Shown here one piece after another: positions 42,208 to 52,891 of a DNA stretch of 64,000 nucleotides. The notes under the pieces were generated by a model that saw only the letters and a list, made by a program, of their open reading frames with translations, ran no database searches and was not told the origin of the DNA. Made by a program: the position numbers and the translations under genes. How positions within the stretch are numbered: the stretch's first letter is position 1; each line of letters starts with the position of its first letter. Source of the stretch: Histomonas meleagridis 2922-C6/04-290x (taxonomy: Eukaryota; Protista; Parabasalia); contig JAANOX010000258.1 in the NCBI GenBank assembly GCA_020184695.1, positions 620,001-684,000 of the forward strand, given 5' to 3'.

Positions 42208-44640
42208 TCATCCATGCTGAAATGGGGAAGAAAATGTTGTTACTAGTTTTCCCTCATTCGGAATAACTATTACATTTAAGTAGTACCAATCAAATGTATA
42301 ATAAAAATTATAATAACCAACCATGGGTATATTAAAAATCATTGAGTAGAAAATAGAATATTGAATGGAATTATGTGATGAATTAGTTCCTAATTGGTTT
42401 TGTAAATTAACATTCGTAAATCGCTTTTTTTGATTTTGTTTTGTAAATGATTTGTCAGTTTGTGTTACTTTATCAATTTTTGTATAATGCTTATCTTTTA
42501 ATAATTTCATAATTTCTGTGTTTCCTTCTTTTAACGAAAGCATAAATGCTGTATTAAATGAATAAGAAAAATTCCAAATTTTCTTTTGGGATATCATACT
42601 AACAAAATAAATATTAAGCAAATCACGAAAACATTTTTTATGTTAATATCAGTATCGTTTTGTTTAAGAAGTAATTTTACTATTTCACTGTGGCCTTTTT
42701 TAGTTGCTTTCATGAATGCTGTTTCAAGACAACTTAATAAATTCCGAATTACGTAATAAGATCCAAAATATAATTAAGAATCTAAAAATGAAAAAATCAA
42801 ATATCTTTAATATTAACATTAATATTGTTTTGCTTAAGAAGTATTCTAACGATTTCAATTCGACAATTTTCGGATGCTTCAATAAGTACAGTTTGAAATA
42901 ATCAAGATAAATTCCAAATATTTTTATAAAATATAAAATAATTAATATAAATTCTAACTTAAATGTATGAATATCCCGAATATTAACATCAATATCTTCT
43001 TTTGCAAGAAGTAATTTAACAATCTCTATATTACACTTTTTAGATGCACACATAAGTGCTGTTTGAAACAATATGAATATTTTCCAAAATTAAAATTGAA
43101 ACTAAAAATTTTTATAGTAAAATTTCAATAAATTAAATAAACATTTTTAGTATTAACATTAATTTTCTTATCTGCAAGAAGTGTTTTACAAATCTCGATA
43201 GCGTTATTTCCAGCTGCAATAATGAGTGCTGTATAAAATAAATCTTATAAATTCCAAATGAAATTTTGAAAAATAATGTTAATAATATAAACATTATTAA
43301 ATATAAACAAATAGTTTTTGCATTAATATCGATATCTTCACAGGTTAAAAGCAGTTTTACAATTTCATGATTTTTATTACTAGATGCATTTGTAAGAGCA
43401 GTCCAAAATAATTTAAATAAACTCCAAATATATTAATGAAATATTATTTTATTGATTTAAACATTGAATATTATATTTATACATCTTTTGCATTAACATC
43501 AATTTCCTTTTGTTCTAGAAGATATTTAACTAAATCAATATTTTCTGAATAAGATGAAGCAATTAAAATATCTTTTGGAATTTGGTTTTCTTCAATAATT
43601 TGTTTAACAAGAAAGAAATTACCAATTGTTGCTGCTTCAATGATTATAGATTCATTAATTTTCATTCCTTCATTAATTAAAAAAGATAATATTTTATAAT
43701 TATGATATAAAACACAATTTTTTCCTAAATCACTTAAATCTTTAATTTTTATAATTTCATTTTCATAAAGATAATGAAAAATTTCATTTCGATGAAACAT
43801 TATTGCTGTTTCATATGCATATTCAAATGTTGAATGATTTTGTTCACAAATATGAATTATTTCTAAGTTTCCACTTGCAACTGCATATTTCCCTGTGTTC
43901 CTTAAGTTAGAACCATTTAACATTAAGTATTTAAAACATTTTATTGCCTCAAAAAATGCTGCATAATCAATTAATGTAACATCGTTTTTGTTAATGAATG
44001 AGCATTTTTCGTAAAGAGATGGTTCGATTGTTTGATTGAAATTAAAATTTGTTTGTGATGAAATTTGTTGTAACTTACTTACATCATCTTGTTGAATTGC
44101 TTTTGCTATATCTTCTGGATTAACACCATTTTGTATTAACATTTTATGTAGTTTCCAATTATCTTTTGAAAGTTTTTCAAAGTTTTGTAAAAATTGTTTT
44201 GCAAAATTATCAGTGGACTTTATAGCATTAAAACATGAATTTAATTCTTCTTTTGTCTTAAAATGTGCAAAATATAAAGATTTATTATGTTCAATAAATT
44301 TAACATCAACAAATTTTTGTTCAATTAAATTTTGGATCAAAAAATTGGATTCTTGTGAATGATTATTTGGAATAATATAATTAAGGAAAAAGTCAAATAT
44401 TTTATTAATTCCATTGATTTCCTTTTCTTCAATTTCTTTCAAATAATTAAAATATATGTTATGACCCTTTCTATTACAAGAAAAAGCAGAATAAATCAAT
44501 TGACAAATTAAAAAATTAAATGAAAATTGATAATCAGGATAATACAAATCAATTGTTGATTTAACCATTTCATTAATATTATTTGAATCCAATTCGAAAA
44601 TGATCTGTTCCATATCCTGTAAAAACTTAAGTTGCTTCAT
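42208..44640 (-). CDS. Locus D: DUF3447-like domain plus ankyrin repeats; six loops each split by four exact 17-nt inserts
   Basis: ORF 43477-44640 supplies the N-terminus. Arrays at 42556-43482 give KDNNGWTAL, KTNYGYTAL, KNKLGQTAL, RDRYGQTVL, KDLWGETAF and KNNDGNTAF after excision, then read to the stop at 42208. Confidence 0.82.
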
Positions 44641-44706
44641 TATACCAACTGCTCACCACATTGAAAATTGAATTAAAAACGATCAAAATTATGTAAAATT
44701 TCGTGT

Positions 44707-45465
44707 TTAGACGACTGAGATTGTACCCCTCCTGCGACCAGTACGGCGGGCGGCGACGAGACCAACCTTTTGACCTGGACGAGCATTACGTGAAACTGTT
44801 GATGGCTTACCGATGTGTTGATGTGAACCACCACCATATGGGTGATCGACTGGGTTCATAGCTGTACCACGGACAACTGGCCATGCCTTCCTCTTTGCGG
44901 CGTACTTGTGGGCAACTGTACCGGCCTTAAGGAGTGGCTTTTCGAGACGACCACCACCAGATACAACACCAAGGCATGCGCGGCAGTTGCTGGAAACAAC
45001 GACCTTACGGCCAGATGGAAGTTGGACACGTGTGTAGCCATCATCATTGTGTGTGATGACACGGCATGAATCGCCTGAGCAACGGCCATAACGACCGCCA
45101 TCTCCTGGATGATGTTCAACATTGCAAACTTCAGCACCTTCTGGGATTTGGCCAAGTGGGAGGATGTTACCAACATGAAGGGAGGCTGTGGAACCAACTT
45201 GGATTAATTGACCTGTGTGGATACCTTCTGGAGCGATAACAAGATGCCTTTCAAGACCTGCTTTACCAGACTTTTGGAAAACAAGTTGGGCAAGTGGTGC
45301 GCCTCTTCCTGGATCGTGGATGATGTCTTTGACGACGCCAACAATTTGTGCGGATCTTTGGGCAGCAGTTAATGGCATGAACTTGGCAGCACCCTTCCTG
45401 TGGTGTGTGTGTGCACGGAAAACGTTACCATTACCTTTACGCTGAGCACGAATGATGTGTCCCAT
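44707..45465 (-). CDS. RPL8: 60S ribosomal protein L8 (uL2)
   Basis: [51 protein letters not shown]. Confidence 0.97.
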   Translation of the reverse strand: MGHIIRAQRKGNGNVFRAHTHHRKGAAKFMPLTAAQRSAQIVGVVKDIIHDPGRGAPLAQLVFQKSGKAGLERHLVIAPEGIHTGQLIQVGSTASLHVGNILPLGQIPEGAEVCNVEHHPGDGGRYGRCSGDSCRVITHNDDGYTRVQLPSGRKVVVSSNCRACLGVVSGGGRLEKPLLKAGTVAHKYAAKRKAWPVVRGTAMNPVDHPYGGGSHQHIGKPSTVSRNARPGQKVGLVAARRTGRRRGTISVV

Positions 45466-45745
45466 CTGAGTCAAGGCTTGACCAAAACCGTCAAAATCAA
45501 ACAAACCGCCAAAGAAAGGAAAAAATTTTTTTTTTCATTGATTAAGATGTTAATATCAATCATTGTCCTAATAAATTCGCATACTTTTTTTGCCAATTGG
45601 AATTTTTAAAAAAATTAATTAATTATTTCCAAATTTTGCATTTCAAATGAAATCATTTTCCAAACTTATAGAGATTTAGAAAAGGATTTGGAGAAGAACA
45701 ACAGCAAAATGAATTTTCCATTTGTAGCTTTTATTCATTGAGAAA

Positions 45746-46963
45746 TTAGTGGCTACGAGCAGCAGCAACAGCCTTTTCACCAGCCTCTGTAAGGTTGCTA
45801 GCGGGGATGATTGGGAGACCTGATTCCTTAAGGATCTTCTTACCAAGGTCAACGTTTGTGCCTTCGAGTCTAACAACGAGTGGGATCTTAAGTCCGACCT
45901 TCTTCACGGCTGCGATGACGCCCTTAGCGATCATATCGCACTTAACAATACCGCCGAAGATGTTAACAAGAATTGCCTTAACCTTTGGGTTTGAGCTGAT
46001 GATAAGGAATCCTTCAGTGACGGCCTTCTCAGAAGCGGCGCCACCAAGGTCGAGGAAGTTGGCTGGATCGCCACCGGATAATTTGATGACATCCATTGTA
46101 GCCATTGCGAGACCTGCGCCATTAACAAGACATGCGATATCACCATCAAGTTGGACGTAGTTAAGGCCATACTTCTCGGCACGAAGTTCCATTGGGTTAA
46201 CTTGTTTAAGGTCGCGGTAACTGAAGATTTGTTTCTGACGATAATGAGCAGCATCATCGAAGTTGAATTTGGAATCGACTGTGATGATACGGCCATCAAC
46301 TGTTTCGGCAAGTGGGTTAACTTCGACTTGTGTGGCATCTGATCCGACAAATAATTTCCAAAGCTTTTGCATTTCTTGAACACCGCTTTCGAATGCAGCA
46401 CCTTCAAGGCCAAGCTTCTTGGCAAGGCGCTTGGCGACATCTTCTGTGATACCATCAACACCATCAAGAACTTCCTTGAAGATTGCATTTGGTTGATTCT
46501 TGGCAACTTCTTCGATTTCGACACCACCTTGTGTTGAGGCAATGACTACTGGTGCTTGTGAAGCACGGTCAAGGAGAATTGCGAAGTATAATTCACGCTT
46601 GATTTCAACTGGGTCTGAAAGCATAACACACTTGCAAAGTGCGCCTTCTTTTGTTGTTTGCTTTGTACGGAGATGTCTACCAATCATTTTAGCAGCAACT
46701 TGTTTAGCTTCTTCGGCTGATTTGACGAAATGAACACCTGATTTGAAACCATCTTCAACCCATGTGCCTTTTCCACGGCCACCAGCATAAACTTGAGCCT
46801 TAACAACGACTGCTGGAAGGCCAATCTTCTTGAAGGCTTCTGCGGCTTCATCTGGTGTGAAAGCAACTTGATTAATACCGGCGGAAACATTGAATTTGGC
46901 GCAAATTTCCTTGGATTGATATTCGAGGATATTGAACTTGCGTGAAAAGCTTGTTGAAAGCAT
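45746..46963 (-). CDS. Hydrogenosomal succinyl-CoA synthetase beta subunit
   Basis: Leader MLSTSFSR, NILEYQSKE, KAQVYAGGRGKG, VNGAGLAMATMD, ANFLDLGG, VNIFGGIVKCD, VVRLEGTN. Confidence 0.96.
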   Translation of the reverse strand: MLSTSFSRKFNILEYQSKEICAKFNVSAGINQVAFTPDEAAEAFKKIGLPAVVVKAQVYAGGRGKGTWVEDGFKSGVHFVKSAEEAKQVAAKMIGRHLRTKQTTKEGALCKCVMLSDPVEIKRELYFAILLDRASQAPVVIASTQGGVEIEEVAKNQPNAIFKEVLDGVDGITEDVAKRLAKKLGLEGAAFESGVQEMQKLWKLFVGSDATQVEVNPLAETVDGRIITVDSKFNFDDAAHYRQKQIFSYRDLKQVNPMELRAEKYGLNYVQLDGDIACLVNGAGLAMATMDVIKLSGGDPANFLDLGGAASEKAVTEGFLIISSNPKVKAILVNIFGGIVKCDMIAKGVIAAVKKVGLKIPLVVRLEGTNVDLGKKILKESGLPIIPASNLTEAGEKAVAAARSH

Positions 46964-46966
46964 TTA

Positions 46967-46972
46967 AAGTGA
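46967..46972 (-). promoter_or_regulatory. Trichomonad initiator (Inr) element TCACTT
   Basis: TCAYT motif 3 nt upstream of the SCS-beta ATG. Confidence 0.7.
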
Positions 46973-47078
46973 AGTGGCCAATGCTTCAGAAACTGTTTTG
47001 AATTTTTTGAATCGCTGTAACCAAACATAAAAGTGACATAAATTTGTCATCGTCGTAAACTTCTCAAAAGCATATTAA

Positions 47079-48377
47079 ATGGGACAAGGGTCATCGGCAA
47101 ATCTCGAAAATTTATTACATCCAAAACCTTTAAAGAAATATAAGTACTTTGACAGAAGATGTACGTATAGATCAGAAGCTCTAGAAATTTCACCAGAGGA
47201 AATGAACCGAATCGAATCTATCAAACCTGAAGCTGTATCACCAGTAACAATTCAGGCTCCTGAAGGAAAAGTGAAAGTTATCATTGACACAGATATTGGT
47301 ACTGATCTTGATGATGCATTAGCTTTACTTTATTCTTTACGTACTGAAAAACTTGATATATTAGGACTCACTACAATGTATGGCCCTGCAAAAGTACGTG
47401 CCGTTTATGCTCAAAGAATGTTATCTGCGCATATTAAATGTCGACCAGATTATAAACCATTTCCGGTCATTGCTGGAGCAGAAACACAAATTGGAACTCA
47501 TCGTGATATCTTTATAGATTATAAAGAAGGAGTTGGTCTTCTTAAAAAAGAAGAAATTGAAGAACTTGGAGATCCTCAAAAATGGGGCAAAGGTAATCAA
47601 TATGAAGCTGCTGATTTTATTGCCAAAACTATTAAAGAAAATCCAAATGAAGTTACAATTGCTTCTATTGGAATACCGACAAATATTGCTTTAGCAATTT
47701 TGAAGTATCCCGAAATTGTTCCACTTATCAAAGAAATAGTTTTCATGGGCTGTGGGCATCCAGTAGTTGCTGGCAAAGCAATAATATCCAAATATAAATC
47801 ATCAAAAAATGAATGGGACGATAAAACGCCGATAGAGTTCCCGTGGGGCACCCCAAGTCTTCAAGCATCGATTCAAGAATATATCGAAAGTGGACACATA
47901 ATTCATTTTACACCTAATCATAATTTTTCTGGTGATTCCATGGCCACGTCCATCATTTTTTCACATCCTGAACTCAAAGTTCGAATTGTGTCATCATTTA
48001 TCACACATAAATGTTGGCTAAAAGGAAAAGCCATTGATTATCTAAAAGAAGTAGCGCAAAATTTAACACCAGAAGAACGTAATGATCCAACAAAACCACA
48101 GAGTGTTGTTGCGATTAATCTCGATGAATGGTTTAAGTTTAGGAATGGTAATGGAGGCGGACAATGTCCACATGATCCGCTCACGCTGCATGAAGTTGCA
48201 TATCAGGGAACTGATTCGCACGTTGTGTATTTGCCCGGCACAATGATAATACACGAATGGGCGGCATTTGGTACTTTCGTGCCTCATAAAGATGGAAAAC
48301 ATTTGATCGGAGTGGCGATGAATGGAACTGAAGAATTCTTAGAACATTTGACCGACGTTTTGACACAAGAGAAATAA
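47079..48377 (+). CDS. Inosine-uridine-preferring nucleoside hydrolase family protein
   Basis: IIDTDIGTDLDDALAL (DXDXXXDD), IGIPTNIALA, EIVFMG, HNFSGD, HDPLT. Confidence 0.9.
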   Translation: MGQGSSANLENLLHPKPLKKYKYFDRRCTYRSEALEISPEEMNRIESIKPEAVSPVTIQAPEGKVKVIIDTDIGTDLDDALALLYSLRTEKLDILGLTTMYGPAKVRAVYAQRMLSAHIKCRPDYKPFPVIAGAETQIGTHRDIFIDYKEGVGLLKKEEIEELGDPQKWGKGNQYEAADFIAKTIKENPNEVTIASIGIPTNIALAILKYPEIVPLIKEIVFMGCGHPVVAGKAIISKYKSSKNEWDDKTPIEFPWGTPSLQASIQEYIESGHIIHFTPNHNFSGDSMATSIIFSHPELKVRIVSSFITHKCWLKGKAIDYLKEVAQNLTPEERNDPTKPQSVVAINLDEWFKFRNGNGGGQCPHDPLTLHEVAYQGTDSHVVYLPGTMIIHEWAAFGTFVPHKDGKHLIGVAMNGTEEFLEHLTDVLTQEK

Positions 48378-48559
48378 CTTATTTACTAAAAAAAAAAATA
48401 TATAATTTTTATTCTTTTGTTAAATATTAATTTCTTACGTGTGGAGATGAAGTTATGTAACAAATTCGATGTGAAATTTATTTATTATATTAATAAACGT
48501 AACGATGATGTCAGCAGCTGAAAATAATAACTTGACATGTATAAAGAAAATGGTAATCA

Positions 48560-50080
48560 TTTGGAGAATTTTTATGTTTTATATTAAAAATAAGTGTAAA
48601 CATATGTTATTTTTGTCTCTCATTAGATGCTAACAAAAAAATTAGTAAAGATTATTTGTGTAAAAACATATTTATTTAATGATATTATCAATACTGGTGA
48701 ACAAATCATTGTTTTAGAAAATGTTGCAAATATTTGGTTCTTATATTTATTTAGCAATTCTAATTATTGTGTTTTCCAATGAATTAAAATTATATCCTAA
48801 TCATTTACTGCATTGAGTTTTTTTCAACAATTCTCTAAATAAAAATAGAGTCGGCTCCAAGCATTTCATTTCTCCAAAATTAGTAATTCTATATTTTTAT
48901 TCTAAAATGACTGTAATCTTTCATATCATACATAATATATATCATTTTAATGAAAGTTTTTAATGATATTTATCAATGAATTCCAACAATAATATTCTTA
49001 AAAATCGACTAAAGATATTTAATACACCAATTACTTCGGTTTATTCAAATACAATTGTGTCAGTATTTTTCCAAAATTTATTTTAATCAAAAAAGCATTC
49101 ATCAAAAAACGAAGTTATTCCAATTGATTATATTTTTTGTTGATACAAAACAATCATATGAATAATAGATAAAAACATTCATAATAGCTGATTTCAATGA
49201 TTTATCAAATGATTATATGAATGTTACTGAACCTGTTATAATTATTAATGTTAGAGAGCTTGAAAACAATGCGTTCAGCAATTGGCCTTTCTAAATATCT
49301 GTAATAATTGGAGAATCAGTGAATACAATAAATAATGGTGCATTTGCATCATGTAAAAAAATTAAAATATGTACAATTTCCAGAAAAAACATTGAGTGGA
49401 ATTACAGATGGTGCATTTTATGAATGTATTGCATTAATTAATAATGTGATAGCATTGGTGCTAATGCATTTTCCAAATGTACAGGAATTGAAACAATAAC
49501 TTTAAATGTAGGCGTACAAAAGTATTGGTTCTGATGCATTAAGAGGATGTTCAAACCTTATGAATATTTATATACCAATTCCTGCTATTTCAATTGGAAA
49601 TGCATTTTTAGAATGTACGAATCTTCAATTTATTAATGCTTCAAATGAAAATATTGAATATTAGAATTATGAAAATGATGGCGTTTTATATGATAAAGGA
49701 ATTACACAAATTATTAGTTATCCGAATATGAAAAGTAAAACATTTACAATTCCTAAATCAGTCACCCCTATTATGAATTATGCTTTTGCAAGTTGTATTA
49801 ATTTAGAAAAAATTTTTATTGATGAAAATGTTCATTAATTGTGCATTTCTTAATTGTACATCAGTTGAATGTATTTATTTTAAATAATAATTTGGAGAAA
49901 TTTCACCAGAAATAAAAAATGATGCATTTGTTAATTTAAATACCACATTAGTTATGACATTAGAAACATATCAAAATGAAACATTTGGAAATATGAATGT
50001 TACTAAGGGAACAACACTTGACGAATGTCTTCCGCCAACACGCACATTCACTAATTCAAATACATTTTATTTTTAACTTT
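48560..50080 (+). pseudogene. Decayed BspA-like gene in tandem with 50284-51582
   Basis: LRR remnants (IGANAFSKCTGI, DGVLYDKGITQIISYP, MTLETYQNETFGNMNVTKG...PPTRTFTNS) with many stops and frameshifts. Confidence 0.7.
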
Positions 50081-50283
50081 GGCTTAATTTTATTTGTTAA
50101 TATAAAATATCTAATCATAATATACATCATTTAAATCAAAGAAAAGTTTTACCTTTATTTTCATTTTGAAGACATATATTGTCTTTTACCAATAATTTTT
50201 AATATGAAATAATTTATGAAAGAAAACATTTGTCTTAAGTCTTAGAATAATAATTTTAGTTTTTTGTTTTATTCTATGGATTC

Positions 50284-51582
50284 ATGAATAAGTTTCATTA
50301 TTGTTTTCATCCGAAAAAAATGATTGCTATGATGTTTTGCTATCTAATAATACCCACATTTGGAATCTTTGATAATAGTACAAAAACACTTATAATAAAT
50401 AGCACGGAAGATTATAACAATGCATGGAATTATCAAAATGAAACATTATTTTTGATTATTGCTGATAATATTACTTCAATACCACCTGGTATATTTAGTG
50501 GATGGAAATATCTGTTATCTGTTAAAATTGGAAATGCAGTATCTCAAATTGGCAATAAAACATTTCATGATTGCAAAAATTTAACAAATGTTACATTTGG
50601 CCAAAATGTTAATACGGTTCGCTATGGCGCATTTAATAGCTGCAGTAGATTATCAAAAATTATTTTGAATGAAAAATTGATTAAAATTGCTCATCATGCA
50701 TTTGCTGATTGTTCATCACTTGAAAGTATTAAATTACCAAATTCGGTAACTACCATTGAAGAATTAGCATTCTTTAATTGTAAAAATTTGTCTGAAATAA
50801 TTTTTGGAGAAAAGCTAACAGAAATTACCAAATTTACGTTTTTTGGATGTGGATTTAAAAACATTTCATTGCCGAATTCAATTTCTACAATTAGAGAACA
50901 TGCATTTTCTTATTGTGAGAAATTATCAGAAGTTGCTTTAGGAAATAACATTACTACAATCGAGTCTGCTGCATTTTATGATTGCAATGCTCTTAAACAA
51001 ATCCAAATTCCAAATTCACTAACTGTTATCAATGAAAAAGTTTTTGGCCAATGTTCTAATTTATCAGTTGTTATTATAGGTGAAAATGTGACTTCAATTA
51101 GGAATCTTGCATTTTATGATTGCAAATCTCTAACATGTCTTTATTATTATGGCCTTTCCCAACCTATTGTAAGCAATAATGCATTTGATAAGGCGCCTCT
51201 CACATATGTAATGACATTAGAATCATATAATTCAACAAAATTTGGTAAATTTAATGTATCAAAAGGAACAACAATCGAAAAATGTGGTCCATGGCCAACA
51301 CATCCATTTACACAATCAAACACATTTACACAAACAAATTCATTTACACAATCAAAATCATTTGCACCAACGAAAACATTTACTATTCAAAATACATCCT
51401 CTGTATCATCTGCAAATTCTAATATATATTCTAATTCAATCACGAATTCTAATTTATATTCTAATTCAATCACGAATTCAAATATTACATCAAATTCATT
51501 TCCATCAAGATCTAGCTCAAAAACTATAGTACTTGGTTTTGGTGTCAGTATTTTTTCTTTGCTAATGTTGTTTTTGTTTTAA
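50284..51582 (+). CDS. BspA-like leucine-rich-repeat surface protein
   Basis: About 10 TpLRR repeats, an FTQS stalk, SNLYSNSIT repeats, and hydrophobic N- and C-termini. Confidence 0.9.
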   Translation: MNKFHYCFHPKKMIAMMFCYLIIPTFGIFDNSTKTLIINSTEDYNNAWNYQNETLFLIIADNITSIPPGIFSGWKYLLSVKIGNAVSQIGNKTFHDCKNLTNVTFGQNVNTVRYGAFNSCSRLSKIILNEKLIKIAHHAFADCSSLESIKLPNSVTTIEELAFFNCKNLSEIIFGEKLTEITKFTFFGCGFKNISLPNSISTIREHAFSYCEKLSEVALGNNITTIESAAFYDCNALKQIQIPNSLTVINEKVFGQCSNLSVVIIGENVTSIRNLAFYDCKSLTCLYYYGLSQPIVSNNAFDKAPLTYVMTLESYNSTKFGKFNVSKGTTIEKCGPWPTHPFTQSNTFTQTNSFTQSKSFAPTKTFTIQNTSSVSSANSNIYSNSITNSNLYSNSITNSNITSNSFPSRSSSKTIVLGFGVSIFSLLMLFLF

Positions 51583-51878
51583 ATTATGAGTCAAACCTCG
51601 AAACATTAATAATACTTGTGAAAATAATATTTGAAATTACTGTTTATGTGATTGTTAAGTTTAATTATTAATTAACAAATAACTTAATAATGCCTAAAAT
51701 ATTTGAGATTTTTTTTCATTAAAATTGTATTCGATTTTATTATTTATGACTGTTTAAAGGTTTTTATTGCAGTATGATGTAAAAACACGAAATGCCATTT
51801 TAGTATACCATATATTAAATGTAGATTTTTACTTTTTGATAACATCAAAATATGTAAATGGCGGGTATTTTACTCTGA

Positions 51879-51884
51879 TCATTT
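51879..51884 (+). promoter_or_regulatory. Trichomonad initiator (Inr) element TCATTT
   Basis: TCAYT motif 6 nt upstream of the H3 ATG. Confidence 0.7.
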
Positions 51885-51890
51885 TTAAAG

Positions 51891-52307
51891 ATGGCTAGGA
51901 CAAAACAAACAGCTCGTAAATCTACTGGTGGTAAGACTCCACGTAAATCACTCGGTGCTAAGGCAGCTCGTAAATCAACACCAGTTGTTGATTCACAAGG
52001 TGCAAAGAAGCAACATCGTTTCAGACCAGGTACAGTTGCTCTTCGTGAAATTCGTAAATACCAAAAGAGCACAGATCTTTTAATCCGTAAGCTTCCATTC
52101 CAACGTCTTGTTCGTGAAATTGCATCAGGATTCCGTGGTGATCTTCGTTTCCAATCATCAGCTATTGCAGCACTTCAAGAAGCTTCTGAAGCTTATCTTG
52201 TTGGTCTCTTTGAAGATACAAACCTTTGCGCAATTCATGCAAACCGTGTTACGATTATGGAACGTGATGTTCAACTTGCACAAAGAATTCGTGGTGAGCG
52301 TAACTAA
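51891..52307 (+). CDS. H3: Histone H3
   Basis: [18 protein letters not shown]...[36 protein letters not shown], with a trichomonad-type tail. Confidence 0.99.
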   Translation: MARTKQTARKSTGGKTPRKSLGAKAARKSTPVVDSQGAKKQHRFRPGTVALREIRKYQKSTDLLIRKLPFQRLVREIASGFRGDLRFQSSAIAALQEASEAYLVGLFEDTNLCAIHANRVTIMERDVQLAQRIRGERN

Positions 52308-52321
52308 GCATGATTAAATAT

Positions 52322-52351
52322 GTATATTTATATATATATATATATATATAT
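52322..52351. repeat. (TA)n microsatellite
   Basis: Directly visible. A second one lies at about 23742-23764. Confidence 0.85.
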
Positions 52352-52891
52352 AGGCTGCTGTGAAAAAACTGTAGAGCTACGACAAAGTTTAAATAAATCA
52401 TAAATTTTTATATAGTATTTTAGTAAATAGAAATTTTAACATATTTTCAGTCCCAAAAATATGAAACATATAAAAAATGAAAAGAAAATCGAGAAAAAAG
52501 AAATTTCCATGTTAACGTCCTCCTGAGTGAAAAATAGGAATTTCGCGAAAATCACAAATTTAGATGTAAAAAAAAATTCATAAAATATTTTAAATTATAA
52601 TAAGATTTAAACTCATAACAAGTAAGGACAGTCCTTTCTAAATTGAAGAAACATTTGCTCAACAGTTTCAGTAATTAACAGCTGTATTGGAAATTTGCGA
52701 GATTGTGGGCTCTATTGATTTTTAACCAAAAATGAAAGAAGATTTTAAAGGAAATTGGCCACATTTTTATTACCGTTTCGATAGGGCTTTTTGAATGAAC
52801 GTTGAATTTATTCTGATCGTTTTGCACAAATTTTTATTTAAAATATCTATCGTTCATTGTATGTTCTGTGTTTACTTTTTTCACAACACCC

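Noticed and set aside
42724-43071. ORF-track proteins spanning the arrays (42724-43071, 34851-35048, and the tails of 18945-20138 and 42208-42621)
   Set aside because: These are chance read-throughs of three inserts (51 nt keeps frame), giving I/L/F/Y/N-rich junk between real ankyrin segments.
42556-43482. Canonical GT-AG spliceosomal introns in the ankyrin loops
   Set aside because: A few inserts start with GT but none ends in AG, there is no ACTAAC branch motif, and boundary sliding does not rescue a consensus.
33236-43482. Assembly or sequencing artefact producing the periodic arrays
   Set aside because: The inserts are mutually divergent, occur on both strands in four loci, and leave stop-free codons matching the ankyrin consensus. 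Errors would not generate this.
48560-50080. 17-nt inserts as the cause of BspA gene disruption
   Set aside because: The breaks are irregular 1-2-nt indels and stops with no 20-nt periodicity, so this is ordinary decay. The insert system appears confined to ankyrin loops in this window.
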